Below are positions 1 through 9,746 of a stretch of DNA of 64,000 nt, piece after piece. Each line of letters opens with the position of its first letter. The first letter of the stretch is position 1. The DNA lies in the IMG/VR virus record IMGVR_UViG_3300040771_000047, positions 593 to 64,592 of that record, one strand, 5' to 3'. This DNA comes from a virus. Position numbers and translations under genes: made by a program. A model generated the notes under the pieces. It ran no database searches, had not been told where the DNA came from, and worked only from the letters and a program-made list of their open reading frames with translations.

Positions 1-176
1 CTGTACTTAGCTGTTCTTTGAGCTATTTTAGGTGCATCAAATTTTTCATAAAAGGTTTCAATTAATTTGGATACTGAACCATTAAATGCTTTACCGCCTA
101 CAGAATAAATGTGCTTTTCTTCATTAAACTCTAGGTCTTTAAAACTCTCTCTAATTATGTGTCTGATTTTTTCCAT
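1..176 (-). CDS. Partial CDS (runs off left edge), probable PD-(D/E)xK-type exonuclease, N-terminus only
   Basis: Not in ORF track. ATG at 176, reads MEKIRHIIRESFKDLEFNEEKHIYSVGGKAFNGSVSKLIETFYEKFD... with no stop to base 1. The F.EE.H.Y...SVS.LI..F..FD pattern resembles the N-terminus of phage PD-(D/E)xK exonucleases. Confidence 0.55.
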   Translation of the reverse strand, partial: MEKIRHIIRESFKDLEFNEEKHIYSVGGKAFNGSVSKLIETFYEKFDAPKIAQRTAKY

Positions 177-180
177 GACA

Positions 181-188
181 CAAATATA
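181..188 (-). promoter_or_regulatory. Bacteroidota sigma70-type -7 element TATATTTG
   Basis: Plus-strand CAAATATA = TAnnTTTG on minus, 4 nt upstream of the ATG at 176. Confidence 0.55.
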
Positions 189-219
189 TAAAAAGTTTTA
201 CAATAAGTCAATTTTACTT

Positions 220-675
220 TTACTTTCTAAACACTACATAGTATTCACTATCTATTTCACAAGCTGGTTCATGCAAAGATTTAGATGGGTATACAACAGT
301 TTCCCCAACATTGTAAATACGTCTTTTGTTGAGTAATTCAATTAAATGTCCTTTTACAACAGTTGTATGTTCATCACAATCATGTGAATGGATACCATAT
401 TTGCCACCAGCTTTTAAATAGGTTTTAAAATGCATTTCTTTTTCATCTTCTAAAACTTTAACAAATGAAACTTTAGAAGTCAAGATAATTACTTCACCTA
501 TTTTCACAGCTTTAAAATCTTCTACCGTCACCATGCTGCAATTACCTTCTCTACAGTTTAAATTATCCATAATACTAGATATGTTATCTGTTATGACTTC
601 AAACTGCATACGTACTTCATACCTTTCTTTACGTAAGTTTTTTATTTTTTCTTCGTAATTTTTACTTTCTAACAT
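220..675 (-). CDS. Cupin-domain protein with N-terminal coiled coil
   Basis: GGKYGIHSHDCDEHTTVVKG...GETVVYPSKSLHEP matches the two cupin metal-binding motifs (HxH-x4-E ... H). Confidence 0.7.
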   Translation of the reverse strand: MLESKNYEEKIKNLRKERYEVRMQFEVITDNISSIMDNLNCREGNCSMVTVEDFKAVKIGEVIILTSKVSFVKVLEDEKEMHFKTYLKAGGKYGIHSHDCDEHTTVVKGHLIELLNKRRIYNVGETVVYPSKSLHEPACEIDSEYYVVFRK

Positions 676-925
676 CTAATAAATCTTTTAGGTTTTGAGT
701 AAATTGATGATATTTTTCTACAAACACTTTCATATCATTGTTAGCCTCTTTTAAGTCATTCTGGTGATTTAAAATAACTTCCCTTATTCTATCATCTTTT
801 TCTTTTAAAGCTAAATCTTTCGACACTACAACTTGTTTAACAACAACTGCCATACCTATAACAGCAGCTATTAGTAATGATTTTAGTCCAAGGTCTTCGT
901 AATCTATTATTGCAGTTAGGAGCAT
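662..925 (-). CDS. Small membrane protein with coiled coil, holin-like
   Basis: One hydrophobic segment (LLIAAVIGMAVVV) followed by a charged heptad region; adjacent to another TM gene. Confidence 0.4.
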   Translation of the reverse strand: MLLTAIIDYEDLGLKSLLIAAVIGMAVVVKQVVVSKDLALKEKDDRIREVILNHQNDLKEANNDMKVFVEKYHQFTQNLKDLLDVRK

Positions 926-927
926 AA

Positions 928-1158
928 TTATTTTTTGTTTGGAGGATTAGCATTTTTAATTAATGAAGTTGAAAATATTCCAACGATTAATCCTGTTAAT
1001 TTTATCAAAGATACTACTTTAACTGTAAATCCAATGTCTATTAGTAAAGAAGCATTATCAGTAAGTAATGTAAAAACTGTGTCTGCAAATGCACCTACTC
1101 CTATAAGTGCACTTAATAATTGTACTTTAGTATATTTCATATTACACATGTTTTGCAT
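928..1158 (-). CDS. Holin-like membrane protein
   Basis: Two hydrophobic helices and a basic C-terminus (NPPNKK); true start may be one of the downstream Met codons. Confidence 0.45.
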   Translation of the reverse strand: MQNMCNMKYTKVQLLSALIGVGAFADTVFTLLTDNASLLIDIGFTVKVVSLIKLTGLIVGIFSTSLIKNANPPNKK

Positions 1159-1319
1159 ATTGCTTTAAGGTTAACCAACACCACCGCTAAATAATGCGGT
1201 GATGATGGCTAAGTTTTCTATTAAAAAATTAATTAGTGACATAAACTGATCCTTTGTAATTGTTTTTTATTGATAACACTGCCAACCCCTAATAAGGAGG
1301 TGGAAAAAAAACTATTGTT

Positions 1320-4076
1320 TTAACTTAAATAATAAGTTGATTGTTTTAATATATCTTTCGGCAATACTGCATCAACAGTAAACCCGACAACTCCCAATTT
1401 TGCAAGCTCGAAACATTCTTCATTTGAAAAAACATCCCAAGCTATAATGCCTATATTACTATTTTTAGCAAGAATAATGTCAGCCAATGTATTTTGATTC
1501 AAGTGTACTTTCTGAACTGTTACATAGGCTTTATTAACCCCATTTTGAAATGTAGAAACTATTGATATCATGGCCTGAGTTATTGCAGTATAAGGCACAT
1601 ATACAACAGTTGCATTTGGCTTGAGGTTTACTATTTTCACCAAATTAGACGAATAAGAAGATAACCACATACATTTGTCCAACATACCGTATTTACTTAG
1701 TATCGATAAAAGAGTGCTTAACTGAGTGTCTGATAAATTCGATTTTGTTTCAAAACAGGGAATTGCGTTTTCACATAGGCACATATGTACAAACTCTTCA
1801 AAAGATGGTATTTTCACTCCAGTATATTCTGGAGATTTCCAAGAGCCGAAATCATATGTTCTTGCCGTCGCAAACGTCATTGAAGATATGTTACCCGTTC
1901 CGTTAGATGTTCTATCTATTGTATTGTCATGCAGTAATACAGGCACTCCATCAGAAGTCCATGAAATGTCAGTTTCAAAATATTTATATCCTTTTTCAAC
2001 AGATAAAGCATAGGCTTCTAATGTATTCTCAGGAGCTACATTATTAAACCCTCTATGACTTAAAACCATGTAAGTGTTAAAGTTGTGGTTATCATTAACA
2101 ATGCGCGCGCCAATGATTTTAGTCACAGTAGTTGAATCCAAAAAAGTCTTGTCTGACGAGTATGTCAAACTTACGTTTGCATCTATAAAACTACTAACAC
2201 TCACGCCCGCATCAGTAACCAAAGCAATTGTAAACCTCGCATAATCGTACCCAAGCGGAACCTTAAAAGAACCACCATTATACACATAGCCACTATCTAA
2301 AGAAGTAGAGTAATTTACGCCATCAGCAGAATATGAACAACCAATTTTATATAAAGGATTTATACTTACTTTTATATTAAAAGGGGAAATCAATATCATA
2401 GGTACTAATGTATTAATCCGTGTATTTGCGTATGGACTAAATGGCGACCCTAAAGTCCAAACTGTTTTGCTAAAGTCTAAAAATTGAGTTTCTTTAGGTA
2501 TTAATTTTTCTATTTTCTGAAACGGCAATATAGCATCTCTTATGTTCGATAATGTACTTATTCTAGCAGTAGAAGTTGTTTTCAAACCTAGTACACTTAT
2601 AGAAGGGATATCCGAAGGTAAAATCGAAGCTTCGTTTGTTCTCGACACAATTATTCGTAAATAACTATATCCATCAGGAATAGAAACAATGTTCCCATTA
2701 TATTTCCACCCCGTATTATAAATTGCATCGTAATCTACCCCATTCAAACTATACCACACAGCTATTTTATACAATGGGTCAATACTCATTTGTAAAGAAA
2801 AAGGAGCACTTACATATAGATTTACTCCAGTCGAAACCCTGTTAGCATTAAGAAGAGAGGGGAAACTGCCCTGTACCCATATCGCATTTTTTAAATCATA
2901 AGTTACCGTTGGCACAACAGGTAATAATTTTTCAATAATAGGTATGTTTTTTACTATAGAAGATGAAAATTTAATACTTAAACCATGATCATTTGTGTCT
3001 GTTAATACTGACCCATCTGTTTTTTTAATAATAAACTTTACAAATTTATCTCCTGTAGGTACTGTGTATGTTGCAGAATTAAGCAACCAAGCAGAATCCC
3101 CACCTAATGAAGTACTTATTACCCCTGAGCGTATAGCAACTTCGTAGCCGCTATTAATAGCAATAGTTATTGTTGGATTATCAATAATTTGAAACGCCTC
3201 TGCTGTTTTTATCCTTGTATTATTTGTATCTTCAACAACTCCACTAATGCTACCTATTACGTATTTAGTTTTATTAGATAAGTTAATATCAGACTCTACA
3301 GGAAGAACCATATTAACGGGTGATAGTTTAAGTAAATCCGTTAATTTACTTAAACTATCGCTTATAGCTTGATAAAACAATCCCGTTGTTTGTATCGTGC
3401 CATCATAACTAACTAAACATAAAATTTGCGATTGCGTAGGTACTACATTATCCAAGAATTGGAATAAACCTGTACTTGTTCCACCTGCATTGTCCCATAA
3501 TATATCACTATTACCTGAAAGCATAGAGGAATTAATAATTAAATACATCCTAGTTCCCAAAAGAGGAAGAGTTAAATTATAATCTAAATTTCCAACTATA
3601 TTATACCGAATTCCTTTAGATAAAATAGAAAATCCTGCTTTTTTTACAGTTACTTTTCTTAATGTACTATTGTATGTGATGTTATTTATAGAGCTTGCAA
3701 AAGAAGGAATTACACTAGCTAATTCGCTGCTTTTTACATAAGTAGTCAAATCGAAAGCTGTTTGACTTATAGAAAATGCACCCGCAGCACTTCTTGAAAT
3801 AATAGCAAAACTGTTAGATTCTACTATTACACCCCCGTAATTAGTGTATGTTCCTGCTTGGGTTGCTGTGAATGATGCAATACCCGTACCCGTTGGGGCT
3901 GGCGAAGTGGGTACTATTGAGATACCACTTGCACCTGTTACAGTAGCAATAATTAGATTTTCTAAATCTCTAGCTGAGCCAGTGTATCCACCTCTTAAAA
4001 GTCTGTCTGCTAAAGCAAGTGCTGTCAGATTTGAAGTATAGTCTTCAATTCTTTCTTTTCTTATTTTAATACCCAT
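1320..4076 (-). CDS. Tail fibre/spike protein with C-terminal glycerophosphodiester phosphodiesterase (GDPD) domain
   Basis: C-terminal SHRG..APENTLEAY..FETDISWTSDGVPVLLHD.TIDRTSNGTG is the GDPD/UgpQ signature. N-terminal Thr/Gly-rich attachment region and three ~100-aa repeated modules. Confidence 0.85.
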   Translation of the reverse strand: MGIKIRKERIEDYTSNLTALALADRLLRGGYTGSARDLENLIIATVTGASGISIVPTSPAPTGTGIASFTATQAGTYTNYGGVIVESNSFAIISRSAAGAFSISQTAFDLTTYVKSSELASVIPSFASSINNITYNSTLRKVTVKKAGFSILSKGIRYNIVGNLDYNLTLPLLGTRMYLIINSSMLSGNSDILWDNAGGTSTGLFQFLDNVVPTQSQILCLVSYDGTIQTTGLFYQAISDSLSKLTDLLKLSPVNMVLPVESDINLSNKTKYVIGSISGVVEDTNNTRIKTAEAFQIIDNPTITIAINSGYEVAIRSGVISTSLGGDSAWLLNSATYTVPTGDKFVKFIIKKTDGSVLTDTNDHGLSIKFSSSIVKNIPIIEKLLPVVPTVTYDLKNAIWVQGSFPSLLNANRVSTGVNLYVSAPFSLQMSIDPLYKIAVWYSLNGVDYDAIYNTGWKYNGNIVSIPDGYSYLRIIVSRTNEASILPSDIPSISVLGLKTTSTARISTLSNIRDAILPFQKIEKLIPKETQFLDFSKTVWTLGSPFSPYANTRINTLVPMILISPFNIKVSINPLYKIGCSYSADGVNYSTSLDSGYVYNGGSFKVPLGYDYARFTIALVTDAGVSVSSFIDANVSLTYSSDKTFLDSTTVTKIIGARIVNDNHNFNTYMVLSHRGFNNVAPENTLEAYALSVEKGYKYFETDISWTSDGVPVLLHDNTIDRTSNGTGNISSMTFATARTYDFGSWKSPEYTGVKIPSFEEFVHMCLCENAIPCFETKSNLSDTQLSTLLSILSKYGMLDKCMWLSSYSSNLVKIVNLKPNATVVYVPYTAITQAMISIVSTFQNGVNKAYVTVQKVHLNQNTLADIILAKNSNIGIIAWDVFSNEECFELAKLGVVGFTVDAVLPKDILKQSTYYLS

Positions 4077-4169
4077 GTGTATGTATGTATTTTATATTAG
4101 TGTATAAATTTTCTATTAAAAATGACAAAGTTCATAAATTGTACCTTTGTTACTTATTTAATTTAATTA

Positions 4170-7100
4170 TTAATGACTTACCCAAGATGTGCCATTAAAA
4201 AATACAGGACATTTAACCGTTCCTCCTCCTGTTAAAGCTCCTATATAAGTTGGAGCAGTTGCATCTGTAACAAAAGCAATGTCTCCCAAAATTCCACTAG
4301 GTAAGGTAGCTACTGTGTAACCATTATTAGGACTGTAACCTCCTATAACCTCCCATTTAGTGCCATTATCAAATAGAGAAATAGCTTGACCCTTTTGTAA
4401 AACTAAAGAGACAGAATCTACATTTGTAAATATAACATCTGTTACAGCCCTATTTATAGTTAAAGAGGATTGACTTTCATTTTTAAAGTAATAAATACCA
4501 TCATTAATTAATGCCCTGTCAGGCAGTGTAAATACCCCATTAGCACCTCCATTATAAACCCATCTGTTAGCTGTTTTGTTTATTATTGTGTTGACTGCAA
4601 CTGTTTTAGAAAAATTTCTAATATCGCTAGTGTTAAAACTCCTTGACACTTCCCACCATAATGTCCCATTAGTCATTAATGTAAGTGATGCCTCTGCTTT
4701 GTTTTGAAAATCTCCTAAAAGTTCTAGCCTTTGGGATAAAGGTACGGCAGCATCAGCATCTTTTACTGTAACAGCATTACTGCTAAATCTTATTGTAGTT
4801 ATTTTATTTTGCCTGCCTCCATCAATACCTTGAATGTCTAAAGTACCTGTGTAATTAAATACATCACCTTGATACGGCAAGTATAATATATTTCTAAAAA
4901 CTCCACCCCCCACATCTGTACTGATTACGTTCGAGTTTGACAAAGCACCCATAGTAGCACTTCTTGTGTCTGCATTATTTTTAATGACAGAGGCAACATC
5001 TTTCTGACTGTCTAAAACAGAGTTATTCGTAGAAGTAGGGTTAAAGAAATTATCTTGAATTGAGTAAAAAGAGTTTGAATTATTTTGTATTTCCACAATA
5101 GGGTTAGTAAAATCAACGGCTGTATTGTTGGTGACTACAGTACCTATATTGGCAGCTCCTAAGAAAATAAATCTATTAGTAGACGCTAAATTTTGCCCGT
5201 CCACTTCGTTTGAAACAATTTTCATTCTTTTAGTACTGTTGAGCCTCACGCCTTTACCGCTTGTGACTTTCTTCGCAAAATCGTAAAATTCAAAGCCTGT
5301 TATCAAGCAACCCTCGCCACCGTCAATATCAAAAACATCCTCGTCGGTGTCGTGTACACGCCCCCCAAATAGCTTGAAGTCTGACCGTGAAGCGTCTGTG
5401 TTTATATTCCACTTAAATAAATTTTCACCAGTAAAAGATACATCATAAGGGCTTCTAACAACTCCATTTAAATTGTAAATTTTTATCCCCCAATGAGAAT
5501 TACCACTGAATGTAATGCCATTCTCACCAACTTTCCCCTCGAATTCCATAACTCCCTTAACCGAGTCTCCACCAATATTTTTGAAATTAGCGGTTTCAGT
5601 CCCTCCTGTTTTAGTGTTCCCCGTTAAAAAATTGGCTATCTGCTTGTAACCATAAACAATTCTTTTATAATTATATCCAAAAATATTTTCGTAATTACTC
5701 CAAGAGTTGCGACCAAGTTCTAACACAATACCGTTATCCCATACCCAATTTACAAGGCTATTATCTTTATTAACCGTACCTGTATAAGTGTAGGCTGGAT
5801 TAAAATGAACATCAGAAACTAAATCATTATCTATCATTCCACCAATTCTTATACCTCTGTACAAAGGATAACCATTAATTTTAGAAACCTTAAGTTGTCC
5901 GTGATCTCTCCTTGCATCAACCGCAATATAAGAATTGCCAAAGTTTACATCGTCAATTTTATTTTCTAATGAGTTTTGCAAAATAACAATAGATGCTGGA
6001 TAACTTACAGGAGTTAAAGATTGCATTGTTTGTTCTGGATAATTGAAAGATACCCCTTTTATTCCCGCCCCTTGTTCAAATTTAAAAACAGAATTTGCAG
6101 TTGTGTTTTCCCCATCACCTTGCCCAAATTTCACAAAAATTATACTTCCTTTTAAATTTTCCCACAAAGAAGTAGTATTATTAAATCTTGGTATATCGTG
6201 ACCCCCAAAATTAAGGGTTATACCCTGTTTAACGGTTATAGCTGAAAACACAGTTATTTGGGCAACTATTTTTATTTCGCCAATTTCCCTTGTAAATGCG
6301 TAATCAATTGTTTTTTGAATAGCTATTGCATCGTCATTTATTCCATCATATTTAGCACCAAAATATTGACAATCTAATTCTGTAAATATTCTTTTAATTC
6401 TCTTACCGTCAGCAGTAACTAAAACAGTACCCATATTATCTGGGCTTGTCGTATCTGTTGCATCATAATACCAGTTACCCTCTTGTCCTTTGTCTGTGGT
6501 GTAAAGATTAATATTTGTTAAGTCCCCTGATAAAAGTCGTATTTCTGATATTGTTCTTTTGTATTGTTTTGTGACTTTTTCTTCAATCTGAGCCTGAGTA
6601 TAATAAGGTGCATTATTAGCACTTGCATTTGTCCCGTAAATAAATGTAATGTAATCTCCTGCAACTAAAGCATAATTGACTGTAACTTGAGTTGTTGAAG
6701 TAAGTGTGTATTCAAAATTTGCAAAGGACAAGCCAATACCTTGAACCTGGATACCAACTATTGTAAAATAGGTATTAGGTAAAGTAAAAACTTGTGAACC
6801 TCCATTAAATGTGACTTCGTACCTAAGAAACTGTGACTGATCTGAAATGTTAACTTTCAAGTCTAGTTGACTTTTATTTACCGCTTGTCCTGCTAGTGTA
6901 GCATTAGGTACAAGTACTGACCCAGTGAAAGTAGCATTTATAAATTTAACTAGTTTTTTAAATGGATTATAAGTAAAAAAGGTATCTTTAAATATAAAGT
7001 CATATAGACCTGTATTACCAAAGAAAGGTACCGGAAGGTCATTATCAACATTTGATGTATCAGTAAGAATTGAAAAAGCTTTTGTAGCAGTTACTGCATT

Positions 7101-7418
7101 ACCTTTTTCTCCTAATTCATAAGCTTGAAAAAAGTTAAAAGAAAGTAAAGAGTAGTCTTTACCATTTCCTACCCATCCATCAGGGTATACAAAGTTAGTA
7201 GTAAGTAAGCCAACTTCTTCTTCTTTAGCTTCTCTCCATTCCCATCTAGTTTTTTCCTGTTGACAGTATACTTTTAAGCCTTCAAAATAAGTATAAGCTA
7301 AATTATTTTCTACTCCTAAATCTGATAACACAGCTTGACTTAAAGCATGTTTCTTAGCATCTAATTCAACTTGATGCGCTATTCTTAATCCTCCAGGTAT
7401 ATCACTAGTGTTCCCCAT
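4170..7418 (-). CDS. Tailspike / polysaccharide depolymerase with right-handed beta-helix
   Basis: YFGAKYDGINDDAIAIQKTID is the pectate-lyase-3-like helix cap, followed by Asn/Gly-rich beta-helix coils. C-terminal YTVATLPSG..GDIAFVTDA..PVFFNGTSW is typical of phage spike ends. Confidence 0.8.
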   Translation of the reverse strand: MGNTSDIPGGLRIAHQVELDAKKHALSQAVLSDLGVENNLAYTYFEGLKVYCQQEKTRWEWREAKEEEVGLLTTNFVYPDGWVGNGKDYSLLSFNFFQAYELGEKGNAVTATKAFSILTDTSNVDNDLPVPFFGNTGLYDFIFKDTFFTYNPFKKLVKFINATFTGSVLVPNATLAGQAVNKSQLDLKVNISDQSQFLRYEVTFNGGSQVFTLPNTYFTIVGIQVQGIGLSFANFEYTLTSTTQVTVNYALVAGDYITFIYGTNASANNAPYYTQAQIEEKVTKQYKRTISEIRLLSGDLTNINLYTTDKGQEGNWYYDATDTTSPDNMGTVLVTADGKRIKRIFTELDCQYFGAKYDGINDDAIAIQKTIDYAFTREIGEIKIVAQITVFSAITVKQGITLNFGGHDIPRFNNTTSLWENLKGSIIFVKFGQGDGENTTANSVFKFEQGAGIKGVSFNYPEQTMQSLTPVSYPASIVILQNSLENKIDDVNFGNSYIAVDARRDHGQLKVSKINGYPLYRGIRIGGMIDNDLVSDVHFNPAYTYTGTVNKDNSLVNWVWDNGIVLELGRNSWSNYENIFGYNYKRIVYGYKQIANFLTGNTKTGGTETANFKNIGGDSVKGVMEFEGKVGENGITFSGNSHWGIKIYNLNGVVRSPYDVSFTGENLFKWNINTDASRSDFKLFGGRVHDTDEDVFDIDGGEGCLITGFEFYDFAKKVTSGKGVRLNSTKRMKIVSNEVDGQNLASTNRFIFLGAANIGTVVTNNTAVDFTNPIVEIQNNSNSFYSIQDNFFNPTSTNNSVLDSQKDVASVIKNNADTRSATMGALSNSNVISTDVGGGVFRNILYLPYQGDVFNYTGTLDIQGIDGGRQNKITTIRFSSNAVTVKDADAAVPLSQRLELLGDFQNKAEASLTLMTNGTLWWEVSRSFNTSDIRNFSKTVAVNTIINKTANRWVYNGGANGVFTLPDRALINDGIYYFKNESQSSLTINRAVTDVIFTNVDSVSLVLQKGQAISLFDNGTKWEVIGGYSPNNGYTVATLPSGILGDIAFVTDATAPTYIGALTGGGTVKCPVFFNGTSWVSH

Positions 7419-8437
7419 TATATGTTAAGGTTTTTGATTTTAAAAAATATATTACTAAAACTGTAATTGGCTTTAGAAACAAATAAAATTGTTTTAGTTG
7501 TAGGGTTGTAAATTTTATCAAACTGTGCAGTCACATTGTTGTTGAGCGAGTCGTACAAAGCAAAACTATCACTTAAAGCTCCTTTAATAACAAAAGCAGC
7601 TTTAGCTATATTAGAGTAATTGATAGTTTTTCCTATGCTAAAATTCTTTAAAGTATCTTTATCTTTAGAAGCTAAGTAAATATCTGTAAGAGGTGCTAAA
7701 ACATTATTAATAGTTTCAGTTGAAGTAAGTAGCTGCCAGTAGTAAATATCAATACCTGTAGTAGTAACTGTTTCAGTGTTAGGTACAATTATACCTATAC
7801 TGTTAAGACAAGTTATAACATCAGCAGCATTATATTTAGCTTTAACATAAGACACCTCTTCTGGGTCTTTTGCTGCTACTAAATCTGTGTAATAAAAAGA
7901 TAAATAGTGAGCACCTACAGTTTGTATAACTAAAGGAGATACATTACCTTGTCCGTACACTAAGTTTTCACTAAGGTATTTAGTTGTTTTATTAATGATT
8001 ACATCATTTAAATTAAGGTTTAGACTTTCAAAATATTCATTATAAATAGGACTTTGTAAGTATGCATAATTTAAGACAGCTATTAATAAAGATAATTGAA
8101 GTTTAGGGTCTTCACATTTATCACAACTTCCACATTCTTTACAAGTGATTTCTTTTATTTTGCTAATAATAGTTTGTAGTAAAGTAGGAAAGTATTTAAT
8201 TTTAATAGGTTCCGCAGTATTATTAACAGCAGTTATATCTAATTGATAAGTACCATCAAAGTTACCTAAAGATAAAGTTGAGGTAGCACTTGGTAAAATA
8301 ACACCTGAAGTTATTACACTAGGCACACTGTTCACTACTCTAGAAATAGAGTAATTAATAGATATACTTCCAATGTTTTTTAAGGTATACACATCTTTAT
8401 ACTTTAAGAAAATGTAATCTACTGTAGATATAAGCAT
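7418..8437 (-). CDS. Putative virion structural protein
   Basis: 339 aa ORF inside the structural operon, translationally coupled to the tailspike; CKECGSCDKC cluster; no family recognised. Confidence 0.5.
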   Translation of the reverse strand: MLISTVDYIFLKYKDVYTLKNIGSISINYSISRVVNSVPSVITSGVILPSATSTLSLGNFDGTYQLDITAVNNTAEPIKIKYFPTLLQTIISKIKEITCKECGSCDKCEDPKLQLSLLIAVLNYAYLQSPIYNEYFESLNLNLNDVIINKTTKYLSENLVYGQGNVSPLVIQTVGAHYLSFYYTDLVAAKDPEEVSYVKAKYNAADVITCLNSIGIIVPNTETVTTTGIDIYYWQLLTSTETINNVLAPLTDIYLASKDKDTLKNFSIGKTINYSNIAKAAFVIKGALSDSFALYDSLNNNVTAQFDKIYNPTTKTILFVSKANYSFSNIFFKIKNLNI

Positions 8438-8457
8438 AGCAAAGCATTTATTTCAGC

Positions 8458-8465
8458 CAAATGTA
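8458..8465 (-). promoter_or_regulatory. Host-type -7 element TACATTTG
   Basis: TAnnTTTG 20 nt upstream of the 8437 start codon. Confidence 0.45.
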
Positions 8466-8527
8466 CAAAATAAAAAAACACCTTTATATAAAATAAAGAT
8501 GTTTTTTAATATATAATTATTTAAGTA

Positions 8528-9730
8528 TTATGCAATACCATCAACTGCAGCAGAAGTTGGGTTAGCTTCTACTACTGTAGGACCTACATTAGCAGCAGCA
8601 GCATCATCAGCCAAAGGCTCAAAAGCACCACCAGCAACTATAGCATCTAACAAAGTAGCTACACTACCTCTAGTTACAGTTTCTGTTGAAGGGATAGCAA
8701 AGAAAGTACTTAAAGTATTCTCATATTCTAACCATCCACTAGCAGACTTAACGAAATACTCTAAAGCAAATTGGTCATACTTAATGGCATCAATTGCTAA
8801 ATAAAGAATATCTCCTTTTGCAGTACCTGTAGTTTCAGATAACACATATGGTCCACTCCCATTGTAAGAAGAAGAATGATATTCTTTCTGCTTAACATTT
8901 GTTCCAGAACCTTCTTCATAAGCTAATTCTTGTGTAGTAGAAATCACTACTGCAGAATTAAATCCTTCAACTGCAGATACTGTAATATTAGTCTCTACAA
9001 ATTTATGGAAGCCTAAGTTGATTTGGAAATTAGCTCCTACTTTAACTGGTGCACTTTGTAAAGTAAAGTCTGAGTAGACTTTAGCTGAAGCTGCAGCAGT
9101 CAAGTTAAATACAATTAATCTATCTACATCAGCTAAAGTCATAGTAGCTCCTGTAGCATAATCTGCTGAAGTTCCATGAGTAATAATAGTTAATGGTTGT
9201 CTTGCTACAAACTTAGCTGAAAGCATACCTGTTTCATCTAAAGATACTTCAGCTACTAAAAGCTTAGTTAGTACATTAGCATCAACTGCTCCTTCAGGAG
9301 TTCTCACTACGAAAGATTTAGTAAAAGTATTTTGACCTTGGATATTAGAAATCTTAGAGTTTCTGAACTCTACTTTAATTCCGTAATCTGTATCTCCTAC
9401 AATTCCATAAGCACCTACTTTTACAATCTTAGGTCTTCCCGCAGAATGAGCTCTAAAAGTGTAAGCAGTAATACCTGCTTTTTGAATATTTTGTCCTGCT
9501 GAAGTTCTAATGTCTCCTAAAGCACCTGTTCCCATAGTGTCAATTCCTACTGCAAAGTAGAAGTCTCTAGACATAGGAGAAGTAGCAGGCCCAATAGATA
9601 AACCAGTGTTTACATCAAAAGCCCCTATTTGACCTACGGCCAAAGAAGAGATGTCTGCGCCAGCACCTAGAACAGCTTGGTTTCCTTTAGTTACAAGAAC
9701 TTGGAACACGTCATTGTTTCTATTACTCAT
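8528..9730 (-). CDS. Virion structural protein (auxiliary capsid/tail, crAss-like)
   Basis: 400 aa, Ala/Thr/Gly-rich, beta-rich, highly biased codons, three genes downstream of the major capsid gene. Confidence 0.55.
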   Translation of the reverse strand: MSNRNNDVFQVLVTKGNQAVLGAGADISSLAVGQIGAFDVNTGLSIGPATSPMSRDFYFAVGIDTMGTGALGDIRTSAGQNIQKAGITAYTFRAHSAGRPKIVKVGAYGIVGDTDYGIKVEFRNSKISNIQGQNTFTKSFVVRTPEGAVDANVLTKLLVAEVSLDETGMLSAKFVARQPLTIITHGTSADYATGATMTLADVDRLIVFNLTAAASAKVYSDFTLQSAPVKVGANFQINLGFHKFVETNITVSAVEGFNSAVVISTTQELAYEEGSGTNVKQKEYHSSSYNGSGPYVLSETTGTAKGDILYLAIDAIKYDQFALEYFVKSASGWLEYENTLSTFFAIPSTETVTRGSVATLLDAIVAGGAFEPLADDAAAANVGPTVVEANPTSAAVDGIA

Positions 9731-9746
9731 AATAATACGTTTTTAA

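Noticed and set aside
1171-1242. 23-codon hydrophobic ORF (MSLINFLIENLAIITALFSGGVG*) in frame with the downstream holin-like gene, suggesting readthrough
   Set aside because: Two TAA stops intervene and TAA is the main terminator here; more likely a tiny peptide or remnant.
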